Shown here: one piece after another, positions 18,397 to 28,082 of the stretch
Layout of the letters: the number at the start of each line of letters is the position of its first letter
How positions within the stretch are numbered: the stretch's first letter is position 1
NCBI GenBank assembly: GCA_047975325.1
Contig: JBKEDF010000075.1
Coordinates: forward strand, 14,782-78,781
DNA: 64,000 bases
Source: Pseudorhodobacter sp.
GTDB lineage: Bacteria > Pseudomonadota > Alphaproteobacteria > Rhodobacterales > Rhodobacteraceae
Direction: 5' to 3'
The notes under the pieces: generated by a model
The model's database searches: none
What the model saw: the letters and a program-made list of their open reading frames with translations, nothing else
Told to the model about the DNA's origin: nothing
Made by a program: the position numbers and the translations under genes

Positions 18397-20313
18397 TCAC
18401 GGCCGGGCCGCCAGTTTGACGGAAGGAAGATAGCCTTCGACATAACGGCGGACCACATCCCGCGCGGCCTCCGCATCACCTGATGCCACCGCCTCGCGCA
18501 ATGTCCGCAATGCCGCAGCCATTTCCAGTTCCGACAGCGCCCGTTCATGTGCGCGCAGGATCTTGGGATGCGGGGTGGTCAGCAATCCTTCGCCGATCAG
18601 CAATTCCTCATGCAGTTTTTCACCGGGGCGCAGCCCCGTCACGGCGATCTCGATATCGCCATCGGGGTGATCCTTGTCACGTACCGTACACCCCGATGCC
18701 TCGATCATCTGGCGTGCCAGATCGGCGATCCTGACCGGCTTTCCCATATCCAGCACGAAAACATCCGCCGCGCCAAGGCTCTTTTCATCGGTATAGGAGC
18801 CCGCCAGCAACACAAGTCGCGCGGCTTCCGAGATCGTCATGAAAAAGCGGGTGACATCCTCATGCGTCAGTGTAACCGGCCCGCCGCGGGCGATCTGATC
18901 CTTGAAAAGCGGGATGACCGAACCGGAAGATCCCAGCACATTGCCGAAACGCACCAGGGAAAAGACCGTGCCGCGCGACCGTTTGGCAAGATCCTGCACG
19001 ACCAGTTCCGCCATCCGCTTGGAGGCGCCCATCACATTGGTCGGGCGCACGGCCTTGTCGGTTGAGATCAGGACGAATTTGCGAACGCCGGCCTCATTGG
19101 CCGCATCGCCCAGCGTACGTGTTCCCAGCACGTTATTGGCCAGCCCCGCCAGCGGATTATCTTCCACCAGCGTGACATGCTTATAGGCTGCCGCGTGAAA
19201 GACGGTATCAACCTCATGCGCCTTCATCACCATGCGGGCCATCCGACTGTCGGTGGCAGAACCCAAGACGGCAACGATCCGCGTCGGCATGTCTTCGGCC
19301 AGATCCCGCAATTCCCGTTCGATGGAATAGAGCGCGACTTCACTGACTTCGAAAAGAACAAGGCAGGCGGGCCGGGCCACCAGCAACTGCCGGCAAAGTT
19401 CAGACCCGACGGAGCCCCCCGCACCGGATACGAGGATCGTGCGCCCCTCATAAGCCTCGGCACCTTCGGGCAAGGCACCATCCACGCAGTTCCGGCCCAG
19501 AAACTGGTCCGGCCTGACATGCTGCAGGTTGCTGACAAGATCCTCCATTCCGACAAGCTGCGCAAAGGAGGGAACCTGCATCACCTTCAATCCCAGGGCC
19601 TGCACCTGCCGCGCGATCCGCGCCAGTTTCGGCCCCGAAACCGAAGGCATTGCCAGAATCACCCTGTCCGCATCGAAATTCTCGGCCAGCATGCGAATTT
19701 GATCCGGAGAATGGATCCGCAACCCGGCCGCTGTCATCGATTGCAGGGAACTGTTGTCATCAATGAAAGCTGCCGGGACGATCTGTTCATGCGACCGCAG
19801 TGCCGCTGCCAGTTGGATCCCGGTATGGCCCGCACCATAGATCAGAACTCGCCTGCGGGGCTCCCCCGCGCGCAGGATCCAAAGGAGCAGGTGCCGGATT
19901 GCAAACCGTGCCGCAACACTGCCGACAAAGAAAATCAACCCGAAAAGGATAACCCCCACAGAAGAAAGGTGCAGCGGGGTGAATTCAACCAGCAAGCCCG
20001 CCCCGCAGGTGGTGAGAAGCGCAAGCCAGCCCGTCCGGACAATCCCGCTGCTGTCATAGGCATTCAGTTTTATATCGGGGATATGCAGCACATAGGCGGC
20101 AAGCCCTGCAATCAGCCCGACAATCGGAAACAACAGTCCAACCCGAAGGGCAACAAGAGGCAGACCACCAAGACCATAGAGAATCAGAACCGTCACGCCC
20201 AGCGCGAGCGGCGCGAGCAAGATCTCAACGGCAAGCAGAAGCATCCGCTTCTGTCTCCGTGAAAGTGAATCCACGATTCCGAAAAATGACTTGCGGAGCA
20301 TCAGGAGCACCAA
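18397..20313 (-). CDS. membrane-anchored polysaccharide biosynthesis protein CapD / nucleotide-sugar 4,6-dehydratase (PglF/WbpM-like)
   Basis: Four N-terminal TM helices followed by two Rossmann regions (VLIYGAGHTG; ILVSGAGGSVGSEL) and the SDR-type catalytic region (STDKAVRPTNVMGASK). Start is TTG at 20313 or ATG at 20301. Confidence 0.9.
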   Translation of the reverse strand: MVLLMLRKSFFGIVDSLSRRQKRMLLLAVEILLAPLALGVTVLILYGLGGLPLVALRVGLLFPIVGLIAGLAAYVLHIPDIKLNAYDSSGIVRTGWLALLTTCGAGLLVEFTPLHLSSVGVILFGLIFFVGSVAARFAIRHLLLWILRAGEPRRRVLIYGAGHTGIQLAAALRSHEQIVPAAFIDDNSSLQSMTAAGLRIHSPDQIRMLAENFDADRVILAMPSVSGPKLARIARQVQALGLKVMQVPSFAQLVGMEDLVSNLQHVRPDQFLGRNCVDGALPEGAEAYEGRTILVSGAGGSVGSELCRQLLVARPACLVLFEVSEVALYSIERELRDLAEDMPTRIVAVLGSATDSRMARMVMKAHEVDTVFHAAAYKHVTLVEDNPLAGLANNVLGTRTLGDAANEAGVRKFVLISTDKAVRPTNVMGASKRMAELVVQDLAKRSRGTVFSLVRFGNVLGSSGSVIPLFKDQIARGGPVTLTHEDVTRFFMTISEAARLVLLAGSYTDEKSLGAADVFVLDMGKPVRIADLARQMIEASGCTVRDKDHPDGDIEIAVTGLRPGEKLHEELLIGEGLLTTPHPKILRAHERALSELEMAAALRTLREAVASGDAEAARDVVRRYVEGYLPSVKLAARP

Positions 20314-20517
20314 TTGTTCACGTCTTGGCCTGAAACATTCGGCCTATTGGTCCACCCCTAACACACGCCTTGCTTTAGGACAGGTCAAGCGGGGGGGCAA
20401 GTGAAACACGCGTGTATTTTTATATTTTTTTCACTCATAGCGCGAATTTGCATATTTTCGCTGCCAACTGCCAAAGGAAGCGGCTGGAAAATGCCCAAGG
20501 ATGAGTCTATGGCTTTC

Positions 20518-20530
20518 GGTATACCAAACA
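20518..20530. promoter_or_regulatory. candidate GntR-type operator (GGTATACCAAACA)
   Basis: The palindromic core GGTATACC lies 8-20 nt upstream of the 2-hydroxyacid dehydrogenase start. Nearly the same 13-mer recurs at 22319-22334 in the GntR/TRAP divergent region. Confidence 0.35.
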
Positions 20531-20537
20531 AGGGGGA

Positions 20538-21491
20538 ATGATCGTGGCCAAACCTACCCTTCTGTCGATCGGGCAATACCCCGATTGGGACAAGACCGCC
20601 ATGCACAATGATTTCGAACTTCTGGAAATCGGCACTACGGCGGAACTTGCCGGGCTCGATCCCGCGCGCCTTGCAGGGTTTCGGGCCGTTGCCTACAAGA
20701 CACATCATTCCTTTGGCGCGGCAGAAATGGATCTGCTTCCCGCGCTTGAACTTGTTGCCAATTTCGGAGTCGGATTCGATGCAATCGATATTGCAGCGGC
20801 AACGGCGCGCGGGGTGCGGGTGACCAATACGCCGGATGTGCTCAATGATGACGTGGCCGATCTGACCATCGCGATGCTGCTCGCCTTCAACCGCAACCTG
20901 ACGCAGAATGAGGCATGGCTGGCGCGCGGGGATTGGGTGGCGAAGGGCGACCCGCCGCTGGCGCGCAAGCTTTCGGGCGCACGGGCCGGGATCATGGGCC
21001 TGGGCCGGATCGGACGGGAAATCGCCAACCGCCTTGCCGCCTTCAAGATGGAGATCCATTATCACAGCCGGTCCGCCAAGGAGACCCCCGAAGGCTGGAT
21101 CTGGCATGCCCGGCCCAAGGATCTTGCCGCACATTGCGACTATCTCGTTGTCGCGCTCGTGGGCGGCAAGGAAACCGAGGGCTATGTTTCCCGCAAGGTG
21201 CTGGAGGCAATGGGTACGGATGCGGTGATCTGCAATATCTCCCGCGGCTCAACGATAGATGAAGATGCCATGCTGGAGGCACTGGAAAATGGCCGGATCA
21301 GGGGGGCGGCACTGGATGTTTTCCACACGGAGCCGAACCTTGATCCACGGTTCCTGAACCTGTCCAATGTCTATCTGCAGCCGCACCAGGGTTCTGCAAC
21401 GATTGAGACGCGCCAGGGAATGGGGGCACTGCAACGCGCCAATATAAAAGCATTTTTTGCCGGATCAGCCCTGAAAACCCCAGTAAACTGA
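20538..21491 (+). CDS. D-isomer-specific 2-hydroxyacid dehydrogenase (glyoxylate/hydroxypyruvate reductase-like)
   Basis: NAD-binding GIMGLGRIGREIA and the catalytic region ICNISRGSTIDEDAMLEAL...GAALDVF...QPHQGSAT. Start is ATG at 20538 or GTG at 20544. Confidence 0.9.
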   Translation: MIVAKPTLLSIGQYPDWDKTAMHNDFELLEIGTTAELAGLDPARLAGFRAVAYKTHHSFGAAEMDLLPALELVANFGVGFDAIDIAAATARGVRVTNTPDVLNDDVADLTIAMLLAFNRNLTQNEAWLARGDWVAKGDPPLARKLSGARAGIMGLGRIGREIANRLAAFKMEIHYHSRSAKETPEGWIWHARPKDLAAHCDYLVVALVGGKETEGYVSRKVLEAMGTDAVICNISRGSTIDEDAMLEALENGRIRGAALDVFHTEPNLDPRFLNLSNVYLQPHQGSATIETRQGMGALQRANIKAFFAGSALKTPVN

Positions 21492-21553
21492 AAGCTGTGC
21501 CGTGATGACATATCACCGTATGGGCCGGGGTTCGCCGCGGGGGGCCTGACGGG

Positions 21554-22240
21554 CTACCGGCCCTTTGTGGCGATGCCCCCGGCGCCACTGGCACGATCCT
21601 GCCGTTCATAAATTTCGGTGATATTCAAAACCAGATGGCGCATGTGGCTTTCGATCTCGCTGCTGACCAGAACAATATCGCGCATCCTGAGCCCCCGCAC
21701 GATATCGCTATGCTGACGCAATACGCGCGGCCGGTCGCTCCGAAGGCTCGCCGCCAGAAACCGGGGCCGCCAGAGCCGGGCCATATAGGCGCCATGGGTT
21801 TCGTAAAGCGATCTGTTATGCGACGCGGCGGTGATCAGCCGGTGGAATTTCATATCCACCTCGAAATAGGCCACGGGATCGGCCCCGTTGGACAGATCCA
21901 GCATCATCTCATGCTGGGTCTCGATAGCCCCGATTTCATCCGATGTGGCATTGGTGCAGGCCAGCCGGGCCCCCAGCAATTCCAGTGAATTCATCACCAC
22001 CAGGTCATCGGTGACTTCTTTCAATGTCGGATCGGCCACCACCGGGCTGCGTGACGGGCGCAACATGACCAGCCCCTCGGACGCCAGGATCCGGATGGCT
22101 TCGCGCAGGGGCGTCCTGCTGACGCCCAGATCGGCGGAACTGTCACGTTCCTTGATCAGCGCGCCCGGTTTCAGCTTTCCCAGAAGGATGTCACGGCGAA
22201 GCCCATCCGCAATCTGTTCGGCCAGGGTACTTTCCGTCAT
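21554..22240 (-). CDS. GntR-family transcriptional regulator with FCD ligand domain
   Basis: Winged-helix motif (LGVSRTPLREAIRILASEGLV) followed by an all-helical FCD-type C-terminal domain. The start was chosen at MTESTLAEQIADGL; upstream in-frame Mets exist. Confidence 0.85.
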   Translation of the reverse strand: MTESTLAEQIADGLRRDILLGKLKPGALIKERDSSADLGVSRTPLREAIRILASEGLVMLRPSRSPVVADPTLKEVTDDLVVMNSLELLGARLACTNATSDEIGAIETQHEMMLDLSNGADPVAYFEVDMKFHRLITAASHNRSLYETHGAYMARLWRPRFLAASLRSDRPRVLRQHSDIVRGLRMRDIVLVSSEIESHMRHLVLNITEIYERQDRASGAGGIATKGR

Positions 22241-22318
22241 TGTTATGGCCCTGAATAGTCCTGTGCGCATCTTGTCCCGTGACAGGAGGGTCTTCAAGCG
22301 CGGAATAAAATACCGCTC

Positions 22319-22334
22319 TGGTATACCAAAACAG
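22319..22334. promoter_or_regulatory. candidate GntR-type operator (TGGTATACCAAAACAG)
   Basis: Perfect 10-bp palindrome TGGTATACCA in the divergent region between the GntR gene and the TRAP binding-protein gene. Shares GGTATACCAAA(A)CA with 20518-20530. Confidence 0.4.
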
Positions 22335-22449
22335 TTGCATTTCTATTCAGAGCCGATAGTTTTTTCCGACGGCGCGTTCAAACAAGGCCGTAGGGGGGGC
22401 GGGCATCCGCCAGCCTGACAATAATATCAATATTGAACCGGGAGAAAAC

Positions 22450-23457
22450 ATGACTATCCGAACCTACCTCATCCCTGCCCTTGTCGCTGCGGGTTTCGCG
22501 CTTCCTGCAAGCGCCCAGACCACCCTGCGCATCCAGACACATTACGGCCCCGAAAGCATTTCGGGCAAGAATGCCACGCAATTCGTCGAAGACGTGCAAA
22601 CCATGTCGAACGGCGACATTCAGATCGAGATGTTCTATTCCTCTTCGGTTGTCGCCTCGGTCGAAACCTTTGATGCTGCGGCAAACGGGATCCTTGACTG
22701 CGACATGACCGGCGGCGCCTATCAGACCGGCAAGAACCCTGCATTCCAGTTTGTTGGCGATATCATGGGCGGCTATGACACCGCCTATCAGCAGCTTGGC
22801 TGGCTTTACAAGGGCGGCGGTATGGAAGAGGCCCAGAAGCTTTACAACCAGTACGGCATGCAGCTTGTCGGCTGGTGGGTCGTCGGACAGGAGGCCCTGG
22901 CCTCAACCAAGCCACTGGACAGCATCGACGCCTTCAAGGACTGGAAATTCCGTTCACCTCCCGGCATGGAAACCAAGATCTTCGAAAAGCTCGGCTCCTC
23001 ACCCATCGTGATGGATTTCACCGAAGTGTTTACCGCGCTTGAATCCGGGATCATCGAAGGGGCGGATGCCTCGATTCTGGCCAATAACAAGTCGATGGGC
23101 ATTTACGACATTGCCAAGCATGCCACCTATCCGGGTTTCCATTCAATGCCCTCGGATCACCTGGCCTGCAACAAGATGGTCTGGGATGGGCTAACCCCGG
23201 TACAGCAGCGCATCATGGAAACCGCGATGCAAAAACTGGCACTGCAACAGGCCCTGACGGCGGATTTTGAAAACGCCAAGGCAGCCCGCGAACTGACCGA
23301 ACAGGGCGTCACGGTACATAACCTTGATCCGGAATCGCGTGCCGCCTACCGCAAGGCCGCCATCGAAACCTGGCCCGAATTTGCCACGACCCCGGAAGCC
23401 CAGGCACTGGTGGAAAGTCATATCGCCTACCTGAAATCACAAGGCATGATCGAGTAA
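22450..23457 (+). CDS. TRAP transporter substrate-binding protein (DctP type; COG4663-like 'mannitol/chloroaromatic' subgroup)
   Basis: Signal peptide and DctP-family sequence. Followed by small and large TRAP permease genes. Confidence 0.9.
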   Translation: MTIRTYLIPALVAAGFALPASAQTTLRIQTHYGPESISGKNATQFVEDVQTMSNGDIQIEMFYSSSVVASVETFDAAANGILDCDMTGGAYQTGKNPAFQFVGDIMGGYDTAYQQLGWLYKGGGMEEAQKLYNQYGMQLVGWWVVGQEALASTKPLDSIDAFKDWKFRSPPGMETKIFEKLGSSPIVMDFTEVFTALESGIIEGADASILANNKSMGIYDIAKHATYPGFHSMPSDHLACNKMVWDGLTPVQQRIMETAMQKLALQQALTADFENAKAARELTEQGVTVHNLDPESRAAYRKAAIETWPEFATTPEAQALVESHIAYLKSQGMIE

Positions 23458-23551
23458 ATCCACGATTTCTCATCCGCCTTCCGGCGCGCCTTCGGGCTCG
23501 CCGGTTTCTGGCCCTTTCGGGGGTCATCACACGGATTTCTCGGGAGGGTCC

Positions 23552-24370
23552 ATGCAAGATGAAAGCATCTGGCTGGGGCCATTGCGCCGCCCCATCAAGC
23601 TCGCCATGCTTGTTTTCACCGCCGCGGCAATTCTGACCTGCGGCTTTCTTATCATCAATCGCCTGATCCTTGGCTCCGACATCGGCATGCATCAGATGTT
23701 ACGCCCGGGCGGGCTGGTATCTGTGCATCTGGCGCTCTGGTCACTGTTTGGTGCGCTCTTCTTCGCCTCGGTCTACCTGTCGGATAACCGTGGCGCGATC
23801 GAAATCGAACCGACGGGGATATTCGATTATATCTCGCTGGTCCTGTCACGACTGTCCATGATCGGGCTCGCGCTGATCGTGATTGTCATGTTCTATGAGG
23901 TCGTGGCGCGCTATGTCTTTGAAAAGCCGACACTTTGGGCTAATGAACTTTCGCTCTGGATGGCGGGGTTCCTGTTTCTGATCTCGGGCTGTTACGCGAT
24001 GCAGCAGCGCAGCCATATCCGCATCTATATCATCTATGACATGATGCCACGCTGGGCGCAGAAACTTTCGGATTGCATCTCGGTTGCACTTATCTGGGCT
24101 TTCACGATCTGCCTGATCTGGGGCGGCTATACCGAAGCCTGGACCAAGCTTTTGCGCTGGGAAGCCTTCGGCACCGCTTGGGATCCACCCATCCCCGGGA
24201 CGATCAAGCCTGCCATTCTGGTTCTGGTTACCCTGGTCGCGCTGCAGGCGCTTTCCAACCTGATCGCGGATTGGAACAAGGAACCCGAACATCACTCCCC
24301 CGCGGATGAAATCGACCAGACCGAGATCGAGAACATCCGCCGTACCCTGGAGACCCCGAAAGATGGTTGA
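23552..24370 (+). CDS. TRAP transporter small permease (DctQ type, long form)
   Basis: DctQ-like core (VARYVFEKPTLWANELSLWM) with extra N-terminal TM segments. GGGAGGG sits upstream of the ATG. Confidence 0.8.
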   Translation: MQDESIWLGPLRRPIKLAMLVFTAAAILTCGFLIINRLILGSDIGMHQMLRPGGLVSVHLALWSLFGALFFASVYLSDNRGAIEIEPTGIFDYISLVLSRLSMIGLALIVIVMFYEVVARYVFEKPTLWANELSLWMAGFLFLISGCYAMQQRSHIRIYIIYDMMPRWAQKLSDCISVALIWAFTICLIWGGYTEAWTKLLRWEAFGTAWDPPIPGTIKPAILVLVTLVALQALSNLIADWNKEPEHHSPADEIDQTEIENIRRTLETPKDG

Positions 24371-25958
24371 TATCGGAACTCTCAGCATCATCCTGCTGCT
24401 TGGGATGTTCGCATTGCTGGCCATCGGGATGCCGCTCGGCTTTGCCTCGGCCTTCCTGGCAGTCGCCACGCTGCTAATGAAATTCGGGCCGGATGTGTTG
24501 TTCGGTCGTTTCGGCATGGGACCGTTCAATGTCCTGGGTCAGGCAATTTACCGGCAGATGACAAATTATGTCCTGATTTCGGTACCGCTTTTCATCTTCA
24601 TGGCCGCCTTGCTGGAACGATCAGGCGTTGCACGGGACATGTATTCCTCCCTTTCCGTCTGGCTAAGCCGGACCCGGGGCGGAATTGCCATCGTCACTTC
24701 GGTCATGGCCGTGGTCATGGCAGCCATGTCGGGCATCATCGGGGGTGAGGTCGTTCTTCTGGGTCTGATCGCACTGCCGCAGATGTTGCGGCTGGGCTAT
24801 AACCAGAACCTTGCCATCGGGACAATCTGCGCCTCGGGGTCGCTCGGGACGATGATCCCGCCCTCGATCGTGCTGATCTTCTATGGGTTGGTGACGGAAA
24901 CCTCGATCAAGTCACTGTTCACAGCCTCGTTCCTGCCGGGCTTCATGCTGGCTTCCTTCTTCATCCTCTATATCATCCTGCGCACCACGATGAACCCGGA
25001 TGAGGCCCCCTTGCCACCGGCATCGGATGACGATCCCCAAGGGAAGGAAAAGTCCCTGATGTTTCTGGGTTTCCTGTCGATTGTCGGAACCGGATTCGCG
25101 GTGGTACTAAGCTTGCGGGCGCTGTTCTTCACCGCCACCGGCGCAAACGCGATCCGCGAAGGGGTCGAACCCATCCCCCTGGGCATGGTAAGTGATCTGC
25201 CCTGGCTGATCGGCGCGGTGGTCCTGTTCCTGGTCATAATCTACGGCCTGGTCGGCAAGGCGCGCACCGCGCAGGGCTGGCAGATGGGCAAGGGGCTTGT
25301 GGCGCCACTGGTGGTAATCGGGATCGTTCTCGGCTCCATCTATGGCGGGATCACCGGGATTACCGAAGCGGCCGGCATGGGCGTCATCGCCGTTTTCGTG
25401 ATCGGCCTTGTCCGCAGGGAAATGACCTTTGATATCGTCTGGGATTCGGCCATGCGAACGCTGAAATCCACCGGAACCATCGTCTGGGTCACCATCGGTG
25501 CCGCGGCGCTGGCGGCGGCCTATACGCTGGCGGGCGGGCCGAATTATGTGGCCAACCTGATTGTCGGGACGGAACTGCCGACCATGGGGATCATCCTGGT
25601 AATGATGTTCATCTTCCTGATCATGGGAATGTTCATGGACTGGGTCGGTATCGTGCTGTTGATCATGCCGGTTTTCCTGCCCATCGTGCAGCGCCTGCCG
25701 GTGGAGGAACTGGGCTTCCTCGGTCAGCTCGATCCATCCCATGTGGCAATCTGGTTCGGGGTCCTCTTCTGCATGAACATGCAGGTGAGCTTCCTGTCAC
25801 CGCCCTTCGGACCTGCGGCTTTCTACCTGAAATCCGTGGCACCGCCGCATATCTCGTTGACTGATATCTTCCGGGGCTTCCTGCCCTTCATCGGGATTCA
25901 ACTGATTGCGCTGACGGTACTTCTGGTCTGGCCACCGATCATCACGATCTTCCTATAG
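24363..25958 (+). CDS. TRAP transporter large permease (DctM type, long form)
   Basis: Polytopic DctM-family protein. The ATG at 24363 overlaps the dctQ-like stop (ATGGTTGA), so the track start at 24306 is an upstream extension. Confidence 0.9.
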   Translation: MVDIGTLSIILLLGMFALLAIGMPLGFASAFLAVATLLMKFGPDVLFGRFGMGPFNVLGQAIYRQMTNYVLISVPLFIFMAALLERSGVARDMYSSLSVWLSRTRGGIAIVTSVMAVVMAAMSGIIGGEVVLLGLIALPQMLRLGYNQNLAIGTICASGSLGTMIPPSIVLIFYGLVTETSIKSLFTASFLPGFMLASFFILYIILRTTMNPDEAPLPPASDDDPQGKEKSLMFLGFLSIVGTGFAVVLSLRALFFTATGANAIREGVEPIPLGMVSDLPWLIGAVVLFLVIIYGLVGKARTAQGWQMGKGLVAPLVVIGIVLGSIYGGITGITEAAGMGVIAVFVIGLVRREMTFDIVWDSAMRTLKSTGTIVWVTIGAAALAAAYTLAGGPNYVANLIVGTELPTMGIILVMMFIFLIMGMFMDWVGIVLLIMPVFLPIVQRLPVEELGFLGQLDPSHVAIWFGVLFCMNMQVSFLSPPFGPAAFYLKSVAPPHISLTDIFRGFLPFIGIQLIALTVLLVWPPIITIFL

Positions 25959-25971
25959 GGTGAAAACCGCC

Positions 25972-26009
25972 GGGTGGCCCCTGTTTCATTCCGGGGCCAT
26001 CCAAATTTC
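25972..26009 (+). terminator. possible intrinsic terminator after the TRAP operon
   Basis: GGGTGGCCCC (25972-25981) pairs with GGGGCCATCC (25993-26002) with one G-U and an 11-nt loop, followed by AAATTTC. The T-tract is weak. Confidence 0.4.
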
Positions 26010-26216
26010 AGGATGTATTCCCGAAAGATCGGGGATATGGGTATGATTGCGGGCATAATCCTCATCAGGGAATGCAGCGCCGAGGGGACTGAGCGGAAGA
26101 TCAATTTATCGATCCCGGCCATCACCTTGACAGCAAATCGAAATCAAATGCGCAGGGCCGGATGACTGCGAGCTTCGTCTCCTCGAAAATCGGCTGCGTG
26201 ATCTGGGAGAAGACAG

Positions 26217-27107
26217 ATGACAAAACCGGCAATCGGATTTATCGGCCTCGGCCTGATGGGGGCAGCGATGGTCGGGCGGCTTCAGGATCTGGGGTATCCG
26301 GTCACGGTGGTGGCCAACCGATCACGCAAGGCGGTGGAGGCGGCCGTGGCACGGGGTGCGACAGAAGTCAGTACCGCCCGCGACGTTGCTGCCGCATCGG
26401 AAATTGTGATGTTCTGCATGGATACCTCCGCCTCGGTCGAAAGCCGGGTCTATGGGGAAAACGGGGTACTGGCCGGGATAAAATCCGGCGCGGTCGTCAT
26501 CGATTTCGGTACTTCCCTGCCCGGATCGACCAGAAAGATCGGCGCCGATCTGGAAAAATCAGGCGCGACCTATCTTGATGCGCCCCTGGGGCGTACGCCC
26601 GCCCATGCGGTGGAAGGCAAGCTCAATATCATGTGCGCGGGCGATATGCCCACTTTTGAACATGTCCGCCCCGTGCTGGAGGATCTGGGCGAACATGTCT
26701 TTCACCTCGGCGCATTGGGGTCGGGCCACACGATCAAGCTGATCAACAATTTCTTCGCCATGACCACCGCCTGCGCCATGTCGGAAGCCTTTGCCATGGC
26801 CGATGCAGCCGGTATAGACCGTCAGGGCCTGTATGAGGTGATGGCCGCCGGACCGTTGAAATCGGGGATGATGGATTTTGTCCGCAACTACGCCGTTGAC
26901 GGGCAGATCGACCTTGCCTTTTCCCTGTCCAACGGGGCGAAGGATGTAGGCTATTACGGCCAGATGGCGGAAGATCTGGGTATTCAATCCCGCATGTCGG
27001 GCGCGGCCCGGACGACATTGGGCGAAGCGCTTGATAATGGCTGGGGGGACAGGCTGGTTCCGCAAATGGTGGATTTCCTGCATGAGAAAATGGGAGGAAA
27101 GGCATAA
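26217..27107 (+). CDS. NAD(P)-dependent beta-hydroxyacid dehydrogenase (3-hydroxyisobutyrate / tartronate-semialdehyde reductase family)
   Basis: N-terminal IGFIGLGLMGAAM Rossmann motif and the family motif GSGHTIKLINN. Confidence 0.85.
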   Translation: MTKPAIGFIGLGLMGAAMVGRLQDLGYPVTVVANRSRKAVEAAVARGATEVSTARDVAAASEIVMFCMDTSASVESRVYGENGVLAGIKSGAVVIDFGTSLPGSTRKIGADLEKSGATYLDAPLGRTPAHAVEGKLNIMCAGDMPTFEHVRPVLEDLGEHVFHLGALGSGHTIKLINNFFAMTTACAMSEAFAMADAAGIDRQGLYEVMAAGPLKSGMMDFVRNYAVDGQIDLAFSLSNGAKDVGYYGQMAEDLGIQSRMSGAARTTLGEALDNGWGDRLVPQMVDFLHEKMGGKA

Positions 27108-27110
27108 CCC

Positions 27111-28082
27111 ATGCGTATTCTGATCACCGGCGGTGGCGGCTTTGTCGGGCTGAAACTGGCCCGGGCACTGGCAATGAAAGGGAAACTGCGCGACAGGGCA
27201 ATTTCCGAAATCACCCTGGCCGATCTGAAGGCCCCCGCAACCAGGGGGTTTGACCTCCCGGTGACAGGGGTTGCGCTGGACATGCGCGATAGCGCGGCGG
27301 TAACCGCCACGCTGGCGCAACCCTTCGATGTGATCTTCCATCTGGCCGCCATCGTATCCGGTCAGGCGGAGGCCGATTTCGACCTTGGGCTGGAGGTCAA
27401 TCTTTTTGGGACACTGAACCTTTTTCAGGCGGCACGCTCCGCGGGGAATTGCCCGGTCGTCGTCTATGCATCCTCCCTCGCCGCGCATGGGGGGGAAGAA
27501 CCCGAGGTGATCGTGGACGGGTTGGAGCTGAACCCGCAAACCTCCTATGGCACCCAAAAGGTGATCGGGGAGCTTCTGCTCAATGATATGTCCCGCCGGG
27601 GGATGATCGACGGGCGGGGGATGCGACTTCCGACTGTTTCGATCCGGCCGGGCAAACCCAATGCGGCAGCGTCCTCCTTCATGTCCTCGATCTTCCGCGA
27701 CACGATGCAGGGCAAGCCATCCAATTGCCCGGTTGCGAAGGATTATCCGATCTATCACACCGCTCCCCGCACCGTGGTGGCCAACCTGATCCATGCCGCC
27801 GAACTGGATGGCAATGCCTTCGGCGCCAATCGCAATATCAACCTTCCGGGCCGCACTGACACCGTGGCAGAAATGATTGCCGCCATGACACTGGTGGCCG
27901 GACCCGAACCCGCCAGCCGTATTACCTGGAATGCCGATCCCGTCATCCAGAATATCGTCGCAGGCTGGCGCGGGCATGTGACGCCGCAAAAGGCACTGCG
28001 GCTGGGCTTCACCGCCGATCAGTCCTTTGCCGATACGGTACGCTGGTTCCTGGAGGACGATATCGTCACGGCCCGACAATGA
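27111..28082 (+). CDS. NAD-dependent epimerase/dehydratase-family SDR (D-erythronate dehydrogenase DenD-like)
   Basis: N-terminal ILITGGGGFVG and an extended-SDR layout with YGTQK catalytic Tyr/Lys. The DenD-like assignment is a family-level guess only. Confidence 0.75.
   Translation: MRILITGGGGFVGLKLARALAMKGKLRDRAISEITLADLKAPATRGFDLPVTGVALDMRDSAAVTATLAQPFDVIFHLAAIVSGQAEADFDLGLEVNLFGTLNLFQAARSAGNCPVVVYASSLAAHGGEEPEVIVDGLELNPQTSYGTQKVIGELLLNDMSRRGMIDGRGMRLPTVSIRPGKPNAAASSFMSSIFRDTMQGKPSNCPVAKDYPIYHTAPRTVVANLIHAAELDGNAFGANRNINLPGRTDTVAEMIAAMTLVAGPEPASRITWNADPVIQNIVAGWRGHVTPQKALRLGFTADQSFADTVRWFLEDDIVTARQ

Noticed and set aside
23552-25958. Oversized TRAP small (272 aa) and large (531 aa) permeases, considered as possible fusions or novel extensions
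   Set aside because: Long DctQ and DctM forms are a normal property of the COG4663/4664/4665 TRAP subgroup, to which the binding protein here appears to belong.
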